NCBI RefSeq assembly: GCF_009914755.1
Contig: NC_060947.1
Reading direction: 5' to 3' (one strand)
Source: the human T2T-CHM13v2.0 reference genome, Homo sapiens
Length of the DNA: 64,000 nucleotides
Below are positions 29,767 to 51,816 of this stretch, in pieces. Both the position numbers and the translations under genes were made by a program. The notes under the pieces are model-generated. The model made no database searches. It was not told the origin of the DNA and worked only from the letters and a program-made list of their open reading frames with translations. Position 1 is the stretch's first letter; each line of letters starts with the position of its first letter.

Positions 29767-29841
29767 ATGGCAGGCGCCCCTCCCCCAGCCTCACTGCCAC
29801 CTTGCAGTTTGATCTCAGACTGCTGTGCTAGCAATGAGTGA
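29767..29841 (+). pseudogene. L1 ORF0 remnant in the antisense promoter region, truncated at 24 aa
   Basis: MAGAPPPASLPPCSLISDCCASNE-stop matches the primate ORF0 N-terminus. Confidence 0.8.
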
Positions 29842-30615
29842 GGCTCCATGGGCGTAGGATCCTCTGAGCCATGCACAGCATATAATCTCCTGGTGTGCTG
29901 TTTGCTAAGACCATTGGAAAAGTGTGGTATTAGGGTGGGAGTGACCTGATTTTCCAGGTGCCGTTTGTCACCCCTTTCTTTGTCTAGGAAAGGGAATTCC
30001 CTGACCTCTTGTGCTTCCTGTGTGAGGTGATGCCTTGCTGTGCTTCAGCTCATGCTCCGTGTGCTGCACTCACTGTCCTGCACCCACTGTTGGATACTCC
30101 CCAGTGAGATGAACCTGGTACCTCACTTGGAAATGCAGAAATCACCCGTCTTCTCTGTAGCTCACGCTGGGATCTGTAGACTGGAGCTGTTCCTATTTGG
30201 CCATCTTGGCTCCTATATCCAGATGTTGAAATTCTAACCCCCAAGGTGGTACCATTAACAGGTAAAGCCTTTGGGAGGTGATTAGATCATTAAGGCAGAA
30301 CCCTCTTGAAAAGGATTAGTGCTTCTATAAAAGAGGCTTGATGGAGCTTATTTGCCCTTTTCGCCATGTGAGGACACAGCAAGAAGGTGCTGTCTGTTGG
30401 GAAGCAAGCCCTCACCACACACCAAATCTGCTGGCACCTTGATTCTGAACTTCCCAGGCTCCAGAACTGTGAGAAATAAATTTATGTTTTTTATAAACTA
30501 CCCAGTTTATGGTATTTTGTCATAGAGGCTGGAACAGACTAAGACATTATATATATACATATATATTATTTCCAAATATTTTCACCCATTCTGTGGGATG
30601 TTATTTTAGTATATT

Positions 30616-31182
30616 TTAAATTGCTGATTCATGGAGTACATGTGCAGGTTTGTTACATGGGTATATTGTGTGATACTGAGGTTTGGGCTTCTAATGAGCC
30701 AGTGGCCCAAGTAATGAACACAGTACCTGATAGGTAGTTTTTCAACCCTTGCCCCCTCTTATACTTTCCCTCTTTTGGAATCCCCAGTGTTTATTGTTTC
30801 CATGTTTGTGTCCATGTATGCCCAATATTTAGCTTCTACTTATAAGTGAGAACATGTGTTACTTTGTTTTCTGTTTTTGCATTACTTTGCTTAGGATAAT
30901 GGCCTATAGCTGCATCCATGTTGTGCAAAGGACATGATTTTTTTTATGTATGTGTAGTATTCAATGGCGCATATGTACCATGTTTTCTTTATTCAGTCCA
31001 TCGTCGATGGGCTCTAGGTTGATTCCATGGCTTTGCCATTGTGAATAGTCCTGCAATAAACATATGAATGCAGGTATCTTTTTGAAGAAAGATTTATTTT
31101 CTTTTTTGTATATACCCAGTAATGGGATTGCTGTGTTGAATGGTAATTTTATTTTTAGATTTTGAGAAATCTTCAAACTGTT
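30616..31182 (-). mobile_element. L1PB-like 3' fragment inserted in an older L1M
   Basis: 3'UTR motifs; imperfect TSD ttattttagtatatt (30601-30615) / tcattttactatatt (31183-31197). Confidence 0.75.
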
Positions 31183-31197
31183 TCATTTTACTATATT

Positions 31198-33320
31198 GAT
31201 AGTGTCTCTTGATACATAAAACTTTTTAATTTTTATACAGTTCAACTTTTTTTTTTGCTATCCATGCTTTTGGTGTCATGTTCAAGAAATCATCTCCAAG
31301 TCAAACGTCATAACGCCTTTTTTCCTGTGTTTCCTTCTAAGAGTTATATAGCTTTAGCTCTTATGTCTTTGATCAATTTTGAGTTCATTTTTGTATGTGG
31401 TGTAATGTAAGATTCAAATTTTTTCTTTTACATTTATGTATCCAGTTTTCCAGCATCATTTGTTAAATGGTGCTTACTTACCACTGCATTGTCTTGGGAC
31501 CATTGTTAAAAATCATTTGTCTATATGTGCAATGGCTTATTTCTACTCTATTTTATTGCTCTATTTATGTCATTTATGGCCATACCACATTGGTTTGATT
31601 ACTGTACCTTTGTGGTAAGTTTTGAAATCAGGATGCAAGAGTATTCCAACTTTATTCTTCTTGTTAAAGATTGTTCCAGCTATTTTGGAATCCCTTGAGA
31701 TTTTATATGAATTTTAGGATGGTTGTTTGTACTGCTGCAAAAATTGCTTTGGAAATTTGATGAAGATTTCATTTAATCTATAGATGACTTCAGGTAATAT
31801 TGACATCTTAACAATATTGATTCTTCTCATTTGTGGACATGGAATATCTCTCTATTTGATTATATCTGCTTTAATTTTTTTCACAAATTTTTATTTTTTT
31901 TAGTGTACAAGTCCACCTTTTTATTGTTATCCCTAAGTATTTTATTTTTTGAATGCTACTGTAAATAGAGTTGTTTTCTTTATTTTCTTTTCAGAGAATG
32001 AAAATATATAGAAATGCAAATGATTACTCCAAATTTTCTGAATTTATTAGTTCAAACATGTTTTTGTGGAATCTTTGGGGTGTTCTACATATAAGATTAT
32101 GTTATATACTAAAGAGATAATTCTGCTTATTTTTTCCAATATGGGTCTTTTAAATGTCCTTTTTCTTGCCTAATTGCTAGGGCTGTAACCCCCAATACTG
32201 TGTTGAATAGAAATGGCAAAAGTGTGCATCCTTGTCTTGTTCCTGATCTTATAGGAATGAGTCTTTCACCATTGAGCATTATGTTATTTGTGTGTTCCTC
32301 TATTATTAACATTTTTGCATTAGTGTGGCACATTTCTTAAATTTTGTGAGCCAATATTGATACATTATTATTAACTAAAGTACATAGTTTACATTAGGGC
32401 TCAATCTGTGTATTGTACATTTTACAGGTTTTCACAAATGTGTGACATGTATCTGTCATTAAAGTATCTTACAGAATAGTTTCGCTGGCCTAAAATTCCT
32501 TGTGTGACACCTAATTATTTCTTTCACCTATGCCTGAGCTGTTGAAAGACAATACTGTTATTGTCTCTATGGTTTTTCCTTTTTCAAAATGAAATATTTT
32601 TAGAATCATACAATGTATAGCCTTTTCAGGCTGGCCTCTTTCTTGTAACAATATTTATTTAAGGTTCATTCATGTCATTTTGTGGCTTAGTGGTAAATTT
32701 TTTATTGCTTAATAATATTCCATTGTATTGATGTACTACAGTTTATCCCTTCACCTACTGAAGGATATTTAGGTTGCGTCCATGTTTTAGCAATAATGAA
32801 TAAAGCTCCTATAAACATTCATGTGCAGGGTTTTATGTGGACATAAAGTTTTAGCTCATTTAGGTACATACTAAGGAGTGTGATTGCTAGATTCTGTGTT
32901 AAGGATATGTATAGTTTTGTAAGAAACTACCAAAATGTCTTCTGAAGTGACCATAACATTTTACATTTCCACCAGCAATAAATGAGACTTCCAGTTATCC
33001 ACATTCTAGCTACTATTTGATATTTTATTGTTATGGATTTTAACCAGTCTAATAAGTGTGTAATGGAATCTAATTGTTTTGATTTTCAGTTCCAAAATTA
33101 CATGTAAGATTGATCATCTGTTTTATATGCTTATTTGTCATCTGTATATCTTCTTTATTGAGATATTTATTTAGGTCTCCACCCCATTTTAAAATTGGGT
33201 TGTTTTATTATTCTTCACTTCTAAAAACTATTTGTATATTTTAGATACTATATAAGTGTTTTGCAATGGTTTTCTCCTAGTATGTGGCTTATTTTTTTCT
33301 CAAGTATCCTTCATAGAGCA
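31198..33320 (-). mobile_element. Ancient L1M ORF2 (31198-32290) and L1MC/MD-like 3' end (32290-33320)
   Basis: RSGTRQGC motif (32127-32333); tattgatacattattattaactaaagt 3' terminus. Confidence 0.75.
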
Positions 33321-33850
33321 GAAATATAATGAAAACACAGCATATCAAAATTTGATAGATGAAACAATGAGTTTTTTAAAAGAAATGTATAGCTTTCATG
33401 CCTATATTAAAAAACGAGAAATATTTAAGATCAGTGAAATAAATTTGAATTGTAAGAATCTAGAGAGGGAACCAAAGTGGCCAACTAGATGCAACAAGGA
33501 AGAGGTTCCCCACTGACAGTCTAGATCATCAAGAAGACCACCACATTCCAAATAGATCTTTGGAAGAAGGCATTGAGAGTGCATGGTGGGAGGATGCAGA
33601 CCCTTGGATGCAAGGGGAAGAAGCCTGGAACCCTGCATGGGGTTACTGAGCACAGGGACACATGTCCAGCTCTTAATGACTCCTAGAAAAGGGTGGGTGA
33701 GATGGATGTGGAATGGCCTACTCTCACCACGGACTCCCAGAATCCTAGCTGCAGGAAACCACACAGTCACCATGGATATTTGAGATGGCAAAAAGAACTG
33801 CCCAGAGAGTTGGCCGAGACAGAACTCCTGTCTACATGGACCCCAGAAGG

Positions 33851-37776
<3,926 letters not shown>

Positions 37777-39359
37777 CCCCAGAAGGTTTGGCATGGGAAC
37801 GGATGCAGTTGTTCATGGTCATGGGTGCTCACATCAGAAGGCTTGCCATACTCTTCTAATGGCTTTAGCTTTTGTTGGCTGCTGCACCTGGACATAGCAG
37901 GGCTATCGTGCCTGTGAGATGAGTAATGTTCCCCTTGCCGCTGGCCTATCCCAGAGTACGTGCGTGTCCACATCTACTTTCAGTCGTGGCCTTGGCTGCT
38001 CAGCTGAGGCAGTTGCCAGCAGCCCTGCCCATAACTCTTTTGCCGGCAGATAATGCCTATTAGCTGGAGTACTTTTACAGGTGGGCCATACTGGTGCACA
38101 CTTTCCCACAGACATTCCTCACTGGCATGCACTCCCTGGCTTGCACTCCCGCATAGCCTCCTTCTGCTGCTTCACCAACTTTGATGTGCGTGATGACTTC
38201 ACTGCCCACTAGTTGCTGGCGTGTGCATGTGGGAATCACTGCTGCCTCGCTGCCACCCCACTTTTGCCAATATGCTCCACCAGAGTGTGTTTGTCAGTGG
38301 GCTGGAAACACCTCAGTTCCCCCAGCACGGCAGGTACTTAACCTTGGGGGTCAGAGAATAAAAGCCACAGGCCTGGTCCCAACACCACAGGGTTAGAGCA
38401 TGCACCCCAGGAGTGTTTAGTTGAGGTTTGGCAACCTGACATCATGCAGAAATGAAGCCAGTTGACAAAATGTGACTTATACCACAGTCAAACACTCAAG
38501 GTCATCAAAGAATATAAAAGCAGGAAGCCCCATTTAAAGGAAAACTACAAACATTAAAGGGACATCAGCCCCCACAGATGAGAAAGAACCGGTGCAAGGA
38601 CTTTGGAAACTCTAAAATTCAGAGTGCCTTCTTACCTCCAAACAACAAGACCAGGTCCTGAGCAATGGTTGTTAGCCACACTGAACTTGTTGAAATGACT
38701 GACATAGAATACAGTATCTGAATGGCAACCGAGATCACCAAGATTCAGGAAAAAGATGAAACTCAATCCAGGAAATCTAAGGAATCCAGTGAAATAATAC
38801 AAGAGGTGAAAAATGAAATAACCATTTTAAGAAAGAACCAGACTAATCTTCTAGAGCTGAACATCTCTCTACAAGTATTTTATGATATGATTGAAAGTTT
38901 ACAGCAGAAAGGGCCAAGCTGAAAAAAGAAACTTAGAGTTGGAATACCAGTTCTTCAAATCCACTCAGAGAAAAATGAAAAAGAAAAAATTTTAATAAAT
39001 GAACAAAACCTCTGAGAAATATGGGATTATATACAGAGTTTAAAATTATTGGCATCCCAGAAAAAGAGGGAGAGAGAGCAAGCAATTTGGAAAACATATT
39101 TGAAGACATTGTCCATGAAAATTTTCCTATGCTTCTTAGAGAAATTGACATGCAAATTTAGGAAATTTGGAAAACTCCTGTGAGATAATACACAAGACAA
39201 CCATCCCCAAGACATAGTACAGATCTGCAAGGTCAATGCAAAAGAAAAAATCATTAAAGGCAGTTAGAGAGAAAAGGTAGGTCGTGTACAAAGGGAACCC
39301 CACCAGGCTAACAGTTGTCCTTTAAGTAGTAATCTGAGAAGTGAGAAGACATTGAGGGC

Positions 39360-41619
39360 TGTATTAGTCCGTTTCACACTGCTGATGAAGACATACCTGA
39401 GACTGGGCAATTTACAAAATAAAAGTGTTTATTGGACTTACAGTTCTACGTGGCTGGGGAGGTTTCACAATCATTGCAGAAGGTGAAAGGCACATCTCAC
39501 ATGGCGGCAGACGAGAGCTTGTGTGAGGAAACTCCCCTTTATAAAACCATGAGATCTCTTGAGACATATTCACAATCAAAAGACTAGCATGGGAAAAACC
39601 TGCTGCCATGATTCAATTACCTCCCACTGGCTATCGCCCTCAACACTTGGGAATTATGGGAGTTACAATTCAAGATGAGATTTGCGTGGGGGCACAGCGA
39701 AACTGTATTATTCCACCCCCGGCTTCTCCCATATCTCATTCCCTCACATTTGAAAACCAATTATGCCTTCCCAACAGTCCCCTAAAGTCTTAACTCATTT
39801 CAGCATTAACTCAGAAGTCCACAGTCCAAAGTCTCATCTCAAACAAGGCAAGTCCCTTTAGCCTATGAGCCTGTAGAATCAAAAGCAAGTTAGTTACTTC
39901 CTAGACACAGTGGAGTTACAGGCACTGGGTAAATACCTCCCTTCCAAATGGGAGAAATTGGCCAAAACAACGTGGATACAGGCCCCACGCAAGTCTGAAA
40001 TCCAGCTTACAAGACAAATCTTAAAGCTCCAAAATGATCTTGTTTGACTCATATCTCACATCCAGATCACACTGATGCAAGAGGTGGGTCCTCATGGGTC
40101 TTGGGCAGCTCCACCCCTATTGCTTTGCAGGGTACAATCTCTCTCCTGGCTGCTTTCATGAGCTGGCATGAGTGTCTGTGGCTTTTCCAGGTGCATGGTG
40201 CAAGCTTTCACTGGATCTACCATTCTGGGGTCTGGAGGACAGTGGCCCACTTCCCACAGCTTTACTAGGCAGTGCCCCAGTAGAGACTCTGTGTGCGGCA
40301 TCCAACCCATTTCCCGTCCACACTGCTCTAGCAGAGGTTCTCCATGAGGGCCCCTCCCCTGCAGCAAACTTCTGCCTGGGCATTCAGGCATTTCCATACA
40401 TCCTCTGAAACCTAGGCAGAGGTTCCCAACTTCAATTCTTCTGTGCACCTGCAGACTCAACACCACGTGGAAGGCTTGGGGCTTGCACACTCTGAAGCCA
40501 TGGCCTGAGCTGTACCATGGCCCCTTTTAGTCAAGGTTGGAGCAGCTGGGATGCAGAGCACCAAGTCCCTGTACTGCACACAGCAGAGGGACCCTGGGCC
40601 CAGCCCATGAAACCATTTTTTTTCCTCTTGGTCTCTGGGCCTGTTATGGGAGGGACTGCCACAAAAGACTCTGACATGCCCTGGAGACATTTTCCCCATT
40701 GTCTTGGTGATTAACATTCGGCTTCTTGTTATTTATGCAAAATTCTGCAGCAGGCTTGAATTTTTCCTCAGAAAATGGGATTTTCTTTTCTATTGAATTG
40801 TCAGGTTGCAAATTTTCTCAATTTATATGCTCTGTTTTTAACCTTTAACCTTTAACACTGCCTAAGTCACCTCTTGTGTGCTTTTCTGCTAAGAAATTTG
40901 TTCTGCTAGACACCCTAAATCATCTCTCTCAAGTTCAAAGTTCCACATATCTCTAGTGTTTGGGCAACATGCCAGCAGTCTCTGCTAAAACGTAATGAGT
41001 GTCACCTTTGCTCCTGTTCCCAAATAGTTCCTCATCTCCGTCTGAGACCACCTTAGGCTGGAATTCATTGTCCATATTTTTATCAGCATCTTGGTCCAAG
41101 CCATTCAACAAGTCTCTAGGAAGTTCCAAACTTTCCTACGTTTTCTTGTCGTCTTCTGAGCCCACCAAACTATTCCAACATCTGCCTGTTACTCAGTTCC
41201 AAAGTCACTTCCACATTTTCAGTTGTCTTTTCAGCAGCACCCCACTCTACTGGTACCAATTTACTTTATTAGTCCATTTTCATGCTGTTGATAAAGACAT
41301 ACCTGAGACTGAGCAATTTACAAAGGAATGAGGTTCATTGGACTTAACAGTTCCACGTGGCTGGGGAGGCCTCACAGTCATGGCAGAAGGTGAAAGGCAT
41401 GTCTTACATTTCAGAAGACAAGAGAGCTTGTGTGAGGAAATTCCTTTTTTTAAAACCATCAGATCTCATGAGACATATTCACTATTACTAGAAAAACATG
41501 GGAAAGACCTTCCCCTGTGATTCAATTACCTCCCACTTGGCCTTTCCCACAACACGTGGGAATTGTGGGATTTACAATTCAAGATGAGATTTGGGTGAAG
41601 GCACAGCCAAATCATATCA
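39360..41619 (-). mobile_element. Complete THE1 (B-like) MaLR element: LTR 39360-39710, internal region 39711-41264, LTR 41265-41619
   Basis: two ~350-bp THE1 LTRs around THE1-int; 5-bp TSD agggc / ggggc. Confidence 0.93.
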
Positions 41620-41933
41620 GGGGCCTGTGTTGGGCATCCTTAAAGAAAAGAAACTTCAACTAAGAATTTTATATCTAGCCAAACTAAGATGTATAAATGA
41701 GGGACAAATAAATTTTTTTCAGACAAGCAAGGACTAAGGGAATTTGTTATCTCCAGACTTGCCTTACAAGAGGTCCTTAAGGAAGTGCTAAAAACAGAAA
41801 GGAAAGACCATTGCCAGCAACCACAAAAACACACTTAAATACATATCCCACTGACACTATAAAGCAACTCTACAAGCAGGTCTACATAACGTCAGCTAAC
41901 AACAAGATGACAGGATCAAATTCTCACATATCA

Positions 41934-42207
41934 GTTGGGCACAGCGGCTCACACTTTGGGAGGCTGAGGTGGGCAGATCAGCTGAGGTCAGGAGTTCAAG
42001 ACCAGCCTGGCCATCATGGTGAAACCCCATCTCTACTAAAAATACAAAAATTAGCTGGACGTCATGGCAGGTGCCCATAATGCTGTCTACTTGGGAGGCT
42101 GAGGCAGGAGAATCACTTGAACCCAGGAGGTGGAGGTTGCAGTGAGTTAATGCCCTGCACTCCAGCCTGGGTGACAGACTGAGACTCTGTCTCAAAAAAC
42201 AAACAAA
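41934..42207 (+). mobile_element. AluS-like SINE
   Basis: gggaggctgaggtgggcagatca...cagcctgggtgacaga. Confidence 0.93.
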
Positions 42208-42404
42208 CAATGAGAACACTTGGACACAGGGTGGGGAACATCACACACCGAGGCCTGTCATGAGGTGGGAGGAGGGGGGAAGGATAGCATTAGGAGATAT
42301 ACCTAATGTAAATGACGAGTTAATGGCTGCAGCACACCAACATGGCACCTGTATACATATGTAACAAACTTGCCCGTTGTGCACATGTACCCTAGAACTT
42401 AAAG

Positions 42405-42440
<36 letters not shown>
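42208..42440 (+). mobile_element. L1PA 3'UTR fragment with an (AAT)n tail
   Basis: aatgagaacacttggacacagg...cttaaagtataataat. Confidence 0.9.
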
Positions 42441-42753
<313 letters not shown>

Positions 42754-44387
42754 TCAATATTAACCTTGAATATAAACAAGCTAATTGGCCCCACTTAAAA
42801 GGCAAAGAGTGGCAAGTTGGATAAGGAAGCATGACCTAACTATATGCTGTCTTTAAGATAACAATCACATATGTAATGACACACATAGGCTCAAATAAAG
42901 GAATGGAAAAACATCTATCAAGCAAATGGAAAACAAAAAAGAGCAAGGTTGCTATTCTTATTTCAGACAAAACATAAATTTTACCAATAATGATCAAAAA
43001 GGACATAGAAGAGTATTGCATAATGATTAAGGGTTCAATTCAATAAGAAGACATAAGTACCCCAAATATATATGCAGCCAATCCTGGAGCTCCCAATTCA
43101 TAAAAGAAGTTCTAAGAGACCTAAAAAGAGACTAAGATAATCACACAATAATAGTGGAAGATTTCAACATCCCGATAACAGTGTTAGATTGGACCCAAAA
43201 TTGCCACTCAACCAAATGGACCTAATGGACATCTACAGAACACTCAACCGAACAACAGTAGAATATACATCTTTCTTATCTGCATTTGGCACATACTCTG
43301 AGATCAACCACATGCACAACCAGAAAGAATTCCTCAAGAAATCTTAAAAAACACACAGTGATACCAACCACATTCTCAGACCACTGTGGAAAAAAGAAAT
43401 CAAGAAATCTCTCAAAACCATGCAATTACATGGAAACGAAACAACTTCCTCCTGAATAAGTTTTGGATAAGCAATGAAATAAAGGCAGACATCAAGAAAT
43501 TATTTGAAACTAAGGGAAAAAAAGCAACATACCTGAATCTTTGGAACATAGGTAAAGCACTGTAAAGAGGAAGGTTTATAGTAATAAGCAGCTACATCAA
43601 AAAGTTAGAAAGATATAAAACTAACAACCTAACATCACACCTAGAGGAACTAGAAGAACAAGAGCAAACCAACTCCAAAGCTAGTAGAAGAAAAGAAATA
43701 ACCAAAATTTGAGCTGAAATGAACAAAATTGATTGTAAAAAGCCATAAAAAGAAATGAAACCAAAAATTCCCGTTTGAAACAATAAATAAGATTGATAGG
43801 CCATTATCTAAACTAATAAAGAAAATAGAGAGAAGATTCAAATTTAAAAAAATCAGAAATGACAAAGGTGACATAATGACCAACCCCACAGGAATAAAAA
43901 TAAAATTCTTTCTCCCAACCAGGGCCTCCAGCCACCCCCACTTATATTCTACGGCCATTAGAATTTTGATTTCTCCCTGAGATGGAGTGCTTAGGGGAGG
44001 ATTGGTCTGCCAACTTTGCTGTTTAGATGACTCAGCTGTTCTAGACTGTGGGCTTCGGGGAACCCAAGCCAACTGGAGAAGGAAGGGATACCCCAGCGCA
44101 GTACAGCACAGCTGCTTTACCAAAATGTAGTCAGACTCCTTCTTTAAATGGAACCCTGATTCATTTCTTCTCACTGGGCGGGACCTCCCAACTCTTGCCT
44201 CCAGCCATCCCCGACCATATTCTCTGGCCTGACAGATATTTGAATTGTCCCTGGTATGGAGTTCCCAAGGAGAGGGATAGGCCACCATCTTTGCTGTTTC
44301 GGTGACCCAGCCATTCCAGCTTGTGGGCTTTCAGGAGCCCAAGGTTACTGGGGTAAAAGGGGTACCCCAGCACATCACAGTTTTTCT

Positions 44388-46718
<2,331 letters not shown>

Positions 46719-49700
46719 TAAAAGCGTGAACACACAGCTTCCTTAAATGGATTGCTGCTCTGTTTCTCCTCATTGAGGAGGACTTCACAACCAGAGCCTC
46801 CAGCCACTCCCTTCAATGTTCTCTTGCTGACAAAGATATGAAATCTTTCTGGGACAGAGCTCCTAGTGAGAGTGGTGGGCTTCTATCTTTGATGTTTCAG
46901 TGACTTATCCATGCCAGCCTTCAGGATTTAGAGAACCCAAGTTGACTGTGGGTGGAAGTGATACCCCAGCATAACACAGCTGCTCAACAAAAGTGTGGCT
47001 AGATTGCTTCTTTCACTTAGTCCCTGGTCTAGTTCCTACTGACTGGATAGAACTCCAACTAGGCTCTTCAGCCACCTCCTACAGGTGCATTTGGGCTGGC
47101 AGCAGGTCAGTACGGCCTTGGGACTAAGTTCCCAGAGGAAGGGCCAGGCTGCCACCTTGGCCGTTTTGCAGTCTTCACTGGTGATACCTCCAGGTACTGG
47201 AAAATCTGAGGCAACTATGGACTTGAGCAGACCCACAGCAAACTACAGCATCCCTATGAAACGGGGGCAAGACTATTAAAAGAAAAACAACCCCCCCAAC
47301 CCAAAAGTTCCATCCAAAGGTCAGCATCCTCAAAGATCAAAGGTACATAATCCTACAAAGATGAGAAGTAATCAGCACAAACACTGAAAATTCAAACAGC
47401 CAGTGTTCTCTTTTTTCCAAATGACAAAAACACCTTTACAGTAAGGGTTTGGAACTTGGCTGAGGCTGAGATGACTGAAATGACAGAAGTACACTTCAGA
47501 ATGTAAATAAAAATGAACTTTACTGAGCTAAAGGCGCACATTGTAACCTAATGCAAATAAGCTAAAAATCATAATGAAACAATGCAAAATTTGATAGCCC
47601 AAATAGCCAGAATAGAGAAGAACATAACTGACCTGATAGAATTGAAAAACACAATACAAGAACTTTACAATGTAATACAAGTGTTAATAGCAGAATAGAC
47701 CAAGAGGAGGAAAGAATCTCAGAGCTTGAAGATGATCCTTCTGAAATAAGATGGGCAGACAAGAATAGAGAAAAAAGAACAGAAAAGAATGGAAAAAACC
47801 TCTGAGAACTATGGGATTATATAAAAAGACCAAGCCTGCGACTTACTGGGGTACCTGAAAGAGATGTGGAGAATGGAACCAAGTTGGAAAACATATTTCA
47901 GGATATCATCCATAAGAACTTCCCCAACCTAGCTGGAGAGGTCAACATTTAAATTCAGGAAATGCAGAGAACCCCAGTAAGACACACCATGAGAAGATAA
48001 TTCCCAAGACACATAATTAAATTATCAGATTCTTCAAGATTGAAATGAAATAAAAAATGTTAAGGGCAGCCAGAGAAAAATAACAGTTCACATACAAAGC
48101 GAAGCCCATCAGACTAACAGGAGATTTCTCAGTAGAAACCCTAAAGGCAGAACTGATTGGCGGCCAATATTCAACATTCTTAAAGAAAGAAATTCCAAAC
48201 CAGAATTTCATATTCAGTCAAACTGAACTTGAAAAGTGAAGGAGAAATAAGATCCTTTTCAGACAAGCAAATGCTGAGGGAATTCGTTACCACCAGATGT
48301 ATCTTACAAGAGCTTATGAAGGAAGCACTAAATACAGAAAGGAAAAACTGTTACCAGTCACTCCAAAAACACACACACACAAACAAGTATTTAATGAAAA
48401 ACTTAATAAAATAGACCACTAGCTAGACTAATAAAGAAGAGAGAAGAATCAAATAAAGACACTCCCAAATTACTAGGGGAATAACACCACTGACTCCACA
48501 GAAATACAGACAAGCATCAGAGAATACTATAAATAACTCTATGGACATAAACTAGAAAACCTAGAGGAAATGGATACATTTCTGGACACACACACACTCC
48601 CAAGGATGAACCAGGAAGAAATTGATTCCCTGAATAGACCGAAGGTGAGTTCTGAAATTGAGGCAGTAATAATTAGCCTACAAACTAAAAAAATCCTAGG
48701 AGTAGATGAATTCACAGCTGAATTCTACCACAGGTACAAAGAAGAGCTGGTACCATTTCTACTGAAACTATTCCAAACAATTGAAATGGGTGGGACTGCT
48801 CCCCATCTCATTCTATGAGACCAGTGTTATCCTGATACCAAAACCTGGCAGAGATACAAGAAGAAAAGAAAACATCAGGCCAATATCTTTGATGAATATT
48901 TATGCAAAAATCCTCAGTAAAATACTGGCAAGCCAAATTCAGCAACACATCAAAAAGGTATCCACTGTGATCAAGTTGACTTCATCCCTGAGATGCAATG
49001 TTGGTTCATCATGAACAAATCAAAAAATGTGATTCATTACGTAAACAAATCTAAAGACAAAAACCACATGATTATCTCAATAGATGCAGAAAATACCTTC
49101 AATAAAGTTCAATATTTCTTCATGTTAAAAACTCCCAATAAATACAAAGGAACCTACCTCAAAACAATAAGAGCCACACATGACAAACTCACAGGCAATG
49201 TCATACTGAATGAGCAAAGGCTGGAATCATTTCCTTTGAAAACCAACACCAGACAAGGATTGCCTTTCTCACCACTCCTTCTCAACATACTATTGGAAGT
49301 TCTGGACAGGGCACTCAGGAAAGAGAAACAAATAAAGGGTATTCAAATTGGAAGAGAGAAAGTCAAACTATCCTAGTTTGCAGATGGCATTTTTTTATAT
49401 GTAGAAAACCTAATAGTCTCAGCACAAATGCTTTTTAAGCTGAAAAGCAACTTCAGCAAACTCTCACAATACAAAATCAATGGGCAAAAATTGCTAGCAT
49501 TTCTAGACACCAACAACAGTCAAGCAGATAGCCAAATCATGATTAAATTTCAATTCATAATTGCCACAAAAGAATAAAATAACCAAAAATATGGCTAACA
49601 AGTCATGTGAAGGATCTATACAACGAAAATTACAAACCACTCCTCAAAAAAATCAGAGGTGACACAAACAAATGGAAAAACATTCCATGCTCATAAATTT

Positions 49701-49790
49701 AAAAAATCAATATTGTTAAAATGGTTATACTGCCCAAAGCAATTTATAAATTTGATGCTATTTCTATTAAAGTAACATTAACATTCATCA

Positions 49791-50100
<310 letters not shown>

Positions 50101-50804
50101 CCTAGCAAATATATTTTAAAATGTATATGGAACCAAAAAAGAGCCCCAATAGCCCAGGCAATCCTAGGCAAAAAGAACAAAGCTGGAGGCATCATGCTAC
50201 CTGACTTCAGACTATACTACAGGACTACAGTAACCAAAACAGCATGGTACTGCTACAAGAACAGACACATAGACCAGTAGAACAGAATCCAGAAAAAAGA
50301 CCACATACCTACAATGATCTTGTCTTCAACAAACCTCACAAAAACAAGCAACGAGTTGAAGATTCTCTATTTAATTAGTGGTGCTGGGATACCTAGCTAT
50401 ATGCAAAAAATTGAAACTGTACCCCTACCTTTTACCATATACAAAAATCAACACAAACAAAACTAAAATCTTAAATGGAAAATTTAAAACTATAAAAACC
50501 CTGGAAGAAAACCTAGGCAATACCATTTAGATCATAGGGGTGGGTAAGGATTTTATGATGAAGACACCAAAAGCTATTGCAACAAAAGCAAAAATTCACA
50601 AATGGCATGTAATTAAAGAGCTTCTGCAGAGAAAAAGAAACTATAAACAGAGTAAACAGACAACCTACAGAATAGGAGATAATCTTTGCAAATTATGCAT
50701 CTGACAATGGTCTACTATCCATCATCGATAAGAAACTTAAATTTACAAGAAAAGAAAACCAAACAACCCCATTAAATAGTGGACAAAGAACATAAATAGA
50801 CACT

Positions 50805-51816
50805 TGTTGCAGGAAGTCAGGGACCCTGAATGGAAGGACTGGCTGGAGCCATGGCAGAGGAACATAAATTGTGAAGATTTCATGGACATTTATCAGTTCC
50901 CAAATAATAATTTTATAATTTCTTATGCCTGTCTTACTTTAATCTCTTAATCCTGTTTTCTTTGTAAGCTGAGGATGTACGTCACCTCAGGACCATTGTG
51001 ATAGTTGTGTTAACTGTACAAATTGATTGTAAAACGTGGGTTTGAACAATATGAAATCAATGCACCTTGAAAAGAACAATTACAGTGACTTTCTGGGAAC
51101 AAGGGAAGACAACCATAAGGTCTGACTGCCTGTGGGATCGGGCAAAATAGAGCCATATTTTTCTTCTTGCAGAGAGCCTATAAACAGACGTGCAAGCAGG
51201 GAAGATATCACTAAATTATTTTCCTAGCAAGGAATATTAATAATTAATACCCTGGGGAAGGAATGCATTCCTTGGGGGAGATCTATAAATGGCCGCTCTG
51301 GGAGTGTCTGACTCATGCGGTTGAGATAAGGACTGAAATACGCCCTGGTCTCTTGAAGTACCCTCAGGCTTATTAGGGTGGGGAAAAACTCCACCCTGGT
51401 AAATTTGGGGTCAGACTGGTTCTCTGCTCTCGAACCCTATTTTCCTTTGTTTAAGATGTTTATCAAGGCAATACGTGCACAGCTGAACATAGACCCTTAT
51501 TAGTAGTTCTGATTTTGCCCCTGTCCTGTTTCGTCAGAAGCATGTGATCTTTGTTCTGCCTTTTGCCCTTTGAAGCATGTGATCTTTGTGACCTACTCCC
51601 TGTTCGTACACCCCCTCCCCTTTTAAAATCCTTAATAAAAACTTGCTGACTCTGCTGCTCATGTGGGCATCACGGTCCTACCGATATGTGATGTCACCCC
51701 CAGAGCCCTAGCTGTTAAATTCCTCTCTTTGTACTCTTTCTCTTTATTTCTCAGCCAGCCAACACTTACGGAAAATAGAACCTAGGCTGAAATATTGGGG
51801 GCGGGTTCCCCCGATA
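50805..51816 (+). mobile_element. MER11 (HERV-K11/HML-8) solo LTR
   Basis: tgttgcaggaagtcagggacc start and gggttcccccgata end; TATA-like ctataaatgg; AATAAA ~51634. Confidence 0.9.
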
